Positions 61,370-64,000 of a DNA stretch of 64,000 nt are shown piece after piece; the first letter of the stretch is position 1, and every line of letters begins with the position of its first letter. Origin of the DNA: an uncultured Gemmatimonadales bacterium (GTDB lineage: Bacteria; Gemmatimonadota; Gemmatimonadetes; Longimicrobiales; Longimicrobiaceae); contig OY970303.1 of NCBI GenBank assembly GCA_963716255.1, forward strand, positions 1,632,001 through 1,696,000. The letters are read 5' to 3'. The notes under the pieces are model-generated. The model saw only the letters and a list, made by a program, of their open reading frames with translations, searched no databases and had not been told where the DNA came from. The translations under genes were made by a program, and so were the position numbers.

Positions 61370-61673
61370 CGTGGCTCCGGGTACCGGGGGTCCTGCACGT
61401 CCCGGGAGATCGCGGTCGCGACTCCGGGTGCTGCGCTCGCGGGTGCCGTCCCGCCGTGTACTCCCTGGCCGCACTGCGTATTCTTTCAGTATAACTGTGT
61501 ACGGCGCATAAACCTAAAGATATCGTCGGCTTTCGCCGGGCCGGTGGGCGCCCTGCCGTCCGCCTGCGCCCACGCCGAGGTGACCCCCGGCACGTCCCGC
61601 TTGACGGCGGCGCCCCCGGGTCCGAAGCTGCATCTCCGCCGCGCTGGCCGCAGCCGAGATCCGAGCCAACCAG

Positions 61674-62321
61674 ATGACCGCCGAGCCGCCCATCGAGATC
61701 GAGGTCGAGGAGCACCCGCTCCTCCGCGTCGCAGCGTTCACCACGCGCTTCCCCGCCCCGCTGGGCAATCTCGCCACCCCGGACGAGGTCCTCCGCCTGC
61801 TGGACGCCGGCGCACCCGCGCCGCTCGCGCGCGACGAGCCGGTGCGCGCCGCCGTGCGCGACCTGCTGCGGTGGGGCGGCTACAAGCCCACCGGGCGCGG
61901 CAAGCCCGCCTCGGAGTACCTGGTACGCGCCGCCGGGGAGGGGGCGCTGGGGAGCATCAACCTGGCGGTGGACGCCTGCAACGCCGTGTCGCTGCACGCC
62001 GGGCTCCCCGTCAGCGTGGTGGACCTGGCGCTCGCCCGGCCGCCCTTCCGCGTGGCCCTGGCGCCCGCGGGCGCGTCGTACGTCTTCAACGCGGCGGGCC
62101 AGGAGATCGACCTGGGCGGCCTCCTCTGCCTGTGGGACGCGGACGGCCCCTGCGCCAACGCGGTCCGCGACTCGCAGCGCACCAAGACCCGCCCCGACAC
62201 CACGGACACGCTCTCGGTGGTGTGGGGCGCCGCCGGCCACGAGGAGCGGCTGCGCGACGCCGCGGCGTGGTACCGCGAGCTGCTGGAGCGCGCCGGCGCC
62301 AGCACCGCCCCGGCGGGCTGA
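61674..62321 (+). CDS. B3/4 domain protein (PheRS beta-subunit editing-like)
   Basis: GYKPTGRGKPASEYL, INLAVDACNAVSL..GLP.SVVD, DADGP. Confidence 0.8.
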   Translation: MTAEPPIEIEVEEHPLLRVAAFTTRFPAPLGNLATPDEVLRLLDAGAPAPLARDEPVRAAVRDLLRWGGYKPTGRGKPASEYLVRAAGEGALGSINLAVDACNAVSLHAGLPVSVVDLALARPPFRVALAPAGASYVFNAAGQEIDLGGLLCLWDADGPCANAVRDSQRTKTRPDTTDTLSVVWGAAGHEERLRDAAAWYRELLERAGASTAPAG

Positions 62322-62352
62322 CCCGGGGTCCGCGCTTCCTGACAGCGGGTTC

Positions 62353-62567
62353 GGGCGTGTCCCCGGCTGGCGCCGGGGTCGGGCTTCGGCTCCGTAGAGC
62401 ACGAAACTACCGTGCTCGACGGAGTCGAGCCCCGGCGGAAACAGCCCCGCCGTGTCTCGCCCCTCCGGGCCGAAATCCCTCACGCGGGGCTCGCGCTGGC
62501 GCCGGCTGGGGCCCCCTCCCCCGCAAGCGGGAGAGGGTGGCGAGCCCGAAGCGAGCCGGGTGAGGGC
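62353..62567 (+). repeat. Composite intergenic repeat copy 9 (A at 62353-62486 plus reverse C)
   Basis: Same modules. Confidence 0.9.
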
Positions 62568-62576
62568 CGTACGACG

Positions 62577-62612
62577 ACGCCCCCGCCGGGAGATCCCGGC
62601 GGGGGCGCCTTT
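62577..62612. terminator. Hairpin between convergent genes
   Basis: CGCCCCCGCCGGGA-GA-TCCCGGCGGGGGCG stem followed by CCTTT. Confidence 0.55.
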
Positions 62613-62639
62613 CGTGCTTCGTACCGTTTGCCCGGCGCG

Positions 62640-64000
62640 TTACGGGGCCGCGGGCGCGCCGGCCTGGAGGAGCCGCATCCAGGCCTTGGACAGCCGCTCG
62701 TACTCGCCCGGGCAGCGCCGCGCGCGCGCCACCGGCAGGCCGCCGTCGGACACGAGGCTGGCGTACTTCTGCGGGTCGGAGCCGTAGATCCAGCAGGCGA
62801 TGTTGAAGAGGCGCTGCGGCCCCAGCGAGTGCTCGTCGGCGAAGTCCGAGTTGTCGTAGGTGGCGCCCGGTCCCGGCTGGATCGCCCGCACCCCGTTCAG
62901 CGCCGCGACCGCGCCCTTGTCGCCGCTGCCGATGAGCATCACCGCGGCGAGCTGGTCCACCGCGTCCTCCTCGCGCCCGGTGATGGGCAGGTCCAGCACG
63001 TCCACCAGCGCGTGCCCTACCTCGTGCATCAGGATGAAGGTGGCCGCCCCGTCCACGGTCTCGCGCTGCTCCGTGGTCCAGGCGCCGTCCGGCACGAACT
63101 GGTTCACCAGGTCCTGGAACAGCTCGTAGCAGAAGGTGACCGTGCCGTCGCGCGGGCTGTAGAAGGCGTTGATCTGGCCGCACTGGTCGCTGCGGAGCCC
63201 CACGTTGCGCGGGAGCGGGAACTGCTGGTTGAGCCCCTCCACCAGCGACTCCAGCATCCCCGACTGTTTGAAGCGCTGCTCCAGCGGGCGGAAGACCGGG
63301 TTGCTGGCGCTGACGTAGGAGTACACCCACTTGCCCCCGGCCGCGGGCCGCGATTGGGTCGGGGCGGAGGCCGTGGCGGAGAGCGACTGCACGGTGAGCG
63401 TGTAGCTCCCCGTCTTGCCGGCCTCGAAGGCGTTGGCCTGGACCACGTACACGCCCGTCCCGCCCACCGTCACCGTCACCTGCGCGTCGGTGCCGCCGCC
63501 GGTGTCGTCGTCGGTGGCCTCCGCCTGGAAGTTGTTCCCGCTCAGCAGCCCCCAGCGCAGGTACGCGTCGAAGTCGGTGGAGCGCATGGTGATCTGCAGC
63601 CGCTCGCCGGGACGCCCGCGGTACACGTACTGGTCGAAGAACGAGCTGTCCGACAGCATCAGGTCGGAGCGCGTCAGCGTCCCGCTGACCGTCTGCCCCG
63701 CCGTCAGCGTCACCGCGCCCGCGGGCGCCGAGGCGGTCGTCTGCCGCGCGGCGGACACCGGCTCCACCGACAGCGTGTAGTTCCCCGTCTCCCCCGCCCG
63801 CAGGGTGTTGGCCTGGATGGCGTAGGTGCCGCTGGTCCCCACCGTGGCCACGAGCTGCGAGTTGCTGCCGCCGCCGCTGTCGTCGTCGCTCGCCTCGGAG
63901 GTGAAGGTGTTCCCCGTCATGCGCCCCCAGGCCAGGTAGGCGTCGAAGGCGGTGGAGCGCAGCGTGACCAGCACCTGCTCGCCCGGGCGCCCGCGGTACA
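62640..64000 (-). CDS. PPC (pre-peptidase C-terminal) repeats plus DUF4344-like metallopeptidase, 5'-truncated by the window edge
   Basis: STxFDAYL...DDD.GGG repeats, CGQINAFY, CYE, HEVGH, LPITGREEDAVD, DEHSL..QR. Confidence 0.85.
   Translation of the reverse strand, partial: YRGRPGEQVLVTLRSTAFDAYLAWGRMTGNTFTSEASDDDSGGGSNSQLVATVGTSGTYAIQANTLRAGETGNYTLSVEPVSAARQTTASAPAGAVTLTAGQTVSGTLTRSDLMLSDSSFFDQYVYRGRPGERLQITMRSTDFDAYLRWGLLSGNNFQAEATDDDTGGGTDAQVTVTVGGTGVYVVQANAFEAGKTGSYTLTVQSLSATASAPTQSRPAAGGKWVYSYVSASNPVFRPLEQRFKQSGMLESLVEGLNQQFPLPRNVGLRSDQCGQINAFYSPRDGTVTFCYELFQDLVNQFVPDGAWTTEQRETVDGAATFILMHEVGHALVDVLDLPITGREEDAVDQLAAVMLIGSGDKGAVAALNGVRAIQPGPGATYDNSDFADEHSLGPQRLFNIACWIYGSDPQKYASLVSDGGLPVARARRCPGEYERLSKAWMRLLQAGAPAAP

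Overview
Very GC-rich bacterial DNA. High GC plus SusC/SusD pairs suggests Gemmatimonadota/Longimicrobium-like origin, which is an inference. Blocks: (1) 1-6.6 kb, the 3' end of a probable extracellular contractile injection system/phage-tail-like operon (baseplate/tail-like protein, PASTA proteins, collagen-like fibre). (2) 6.8-10.8 kb, a STAND/NLR-like NTPase-TPR-transmembrane-Ig protein and a small neighbour that share an N-terminal RHIM/amyloid-like motif. (3) 11.3-24.4 kb, a purine catabolism cluster (deaminase, xanthine dehydrogenase, puuD, uraH, uraD, allB, alc) interrupted by a RES-type toxin-antitoxin pair and a GNAT. (4) An HNH-domain protein. (5) 26.5-61 kb, a large pectin/galacturonate utilisation locus (kduID, GH105, GH28, uxaCAB, eda, kdgK, exuT-like, two SusC/SusD pairs, GH43, CE12, PL10-CE8 fusion, two ROK regulators) with a recurring TTTGTTC-N7-GAACAAA operator. 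(6) B3/4-domain and DUF4344-like peptidase genes. Nine intergenic copies of a ~130-nt structured element show extensive compensatory stem covariation. The best candidates for new biology are the membrane-spanning NLR plus amyloid-motif partner and the covarying repeat element. Family assignments are from motif recognition only; no searches were run.
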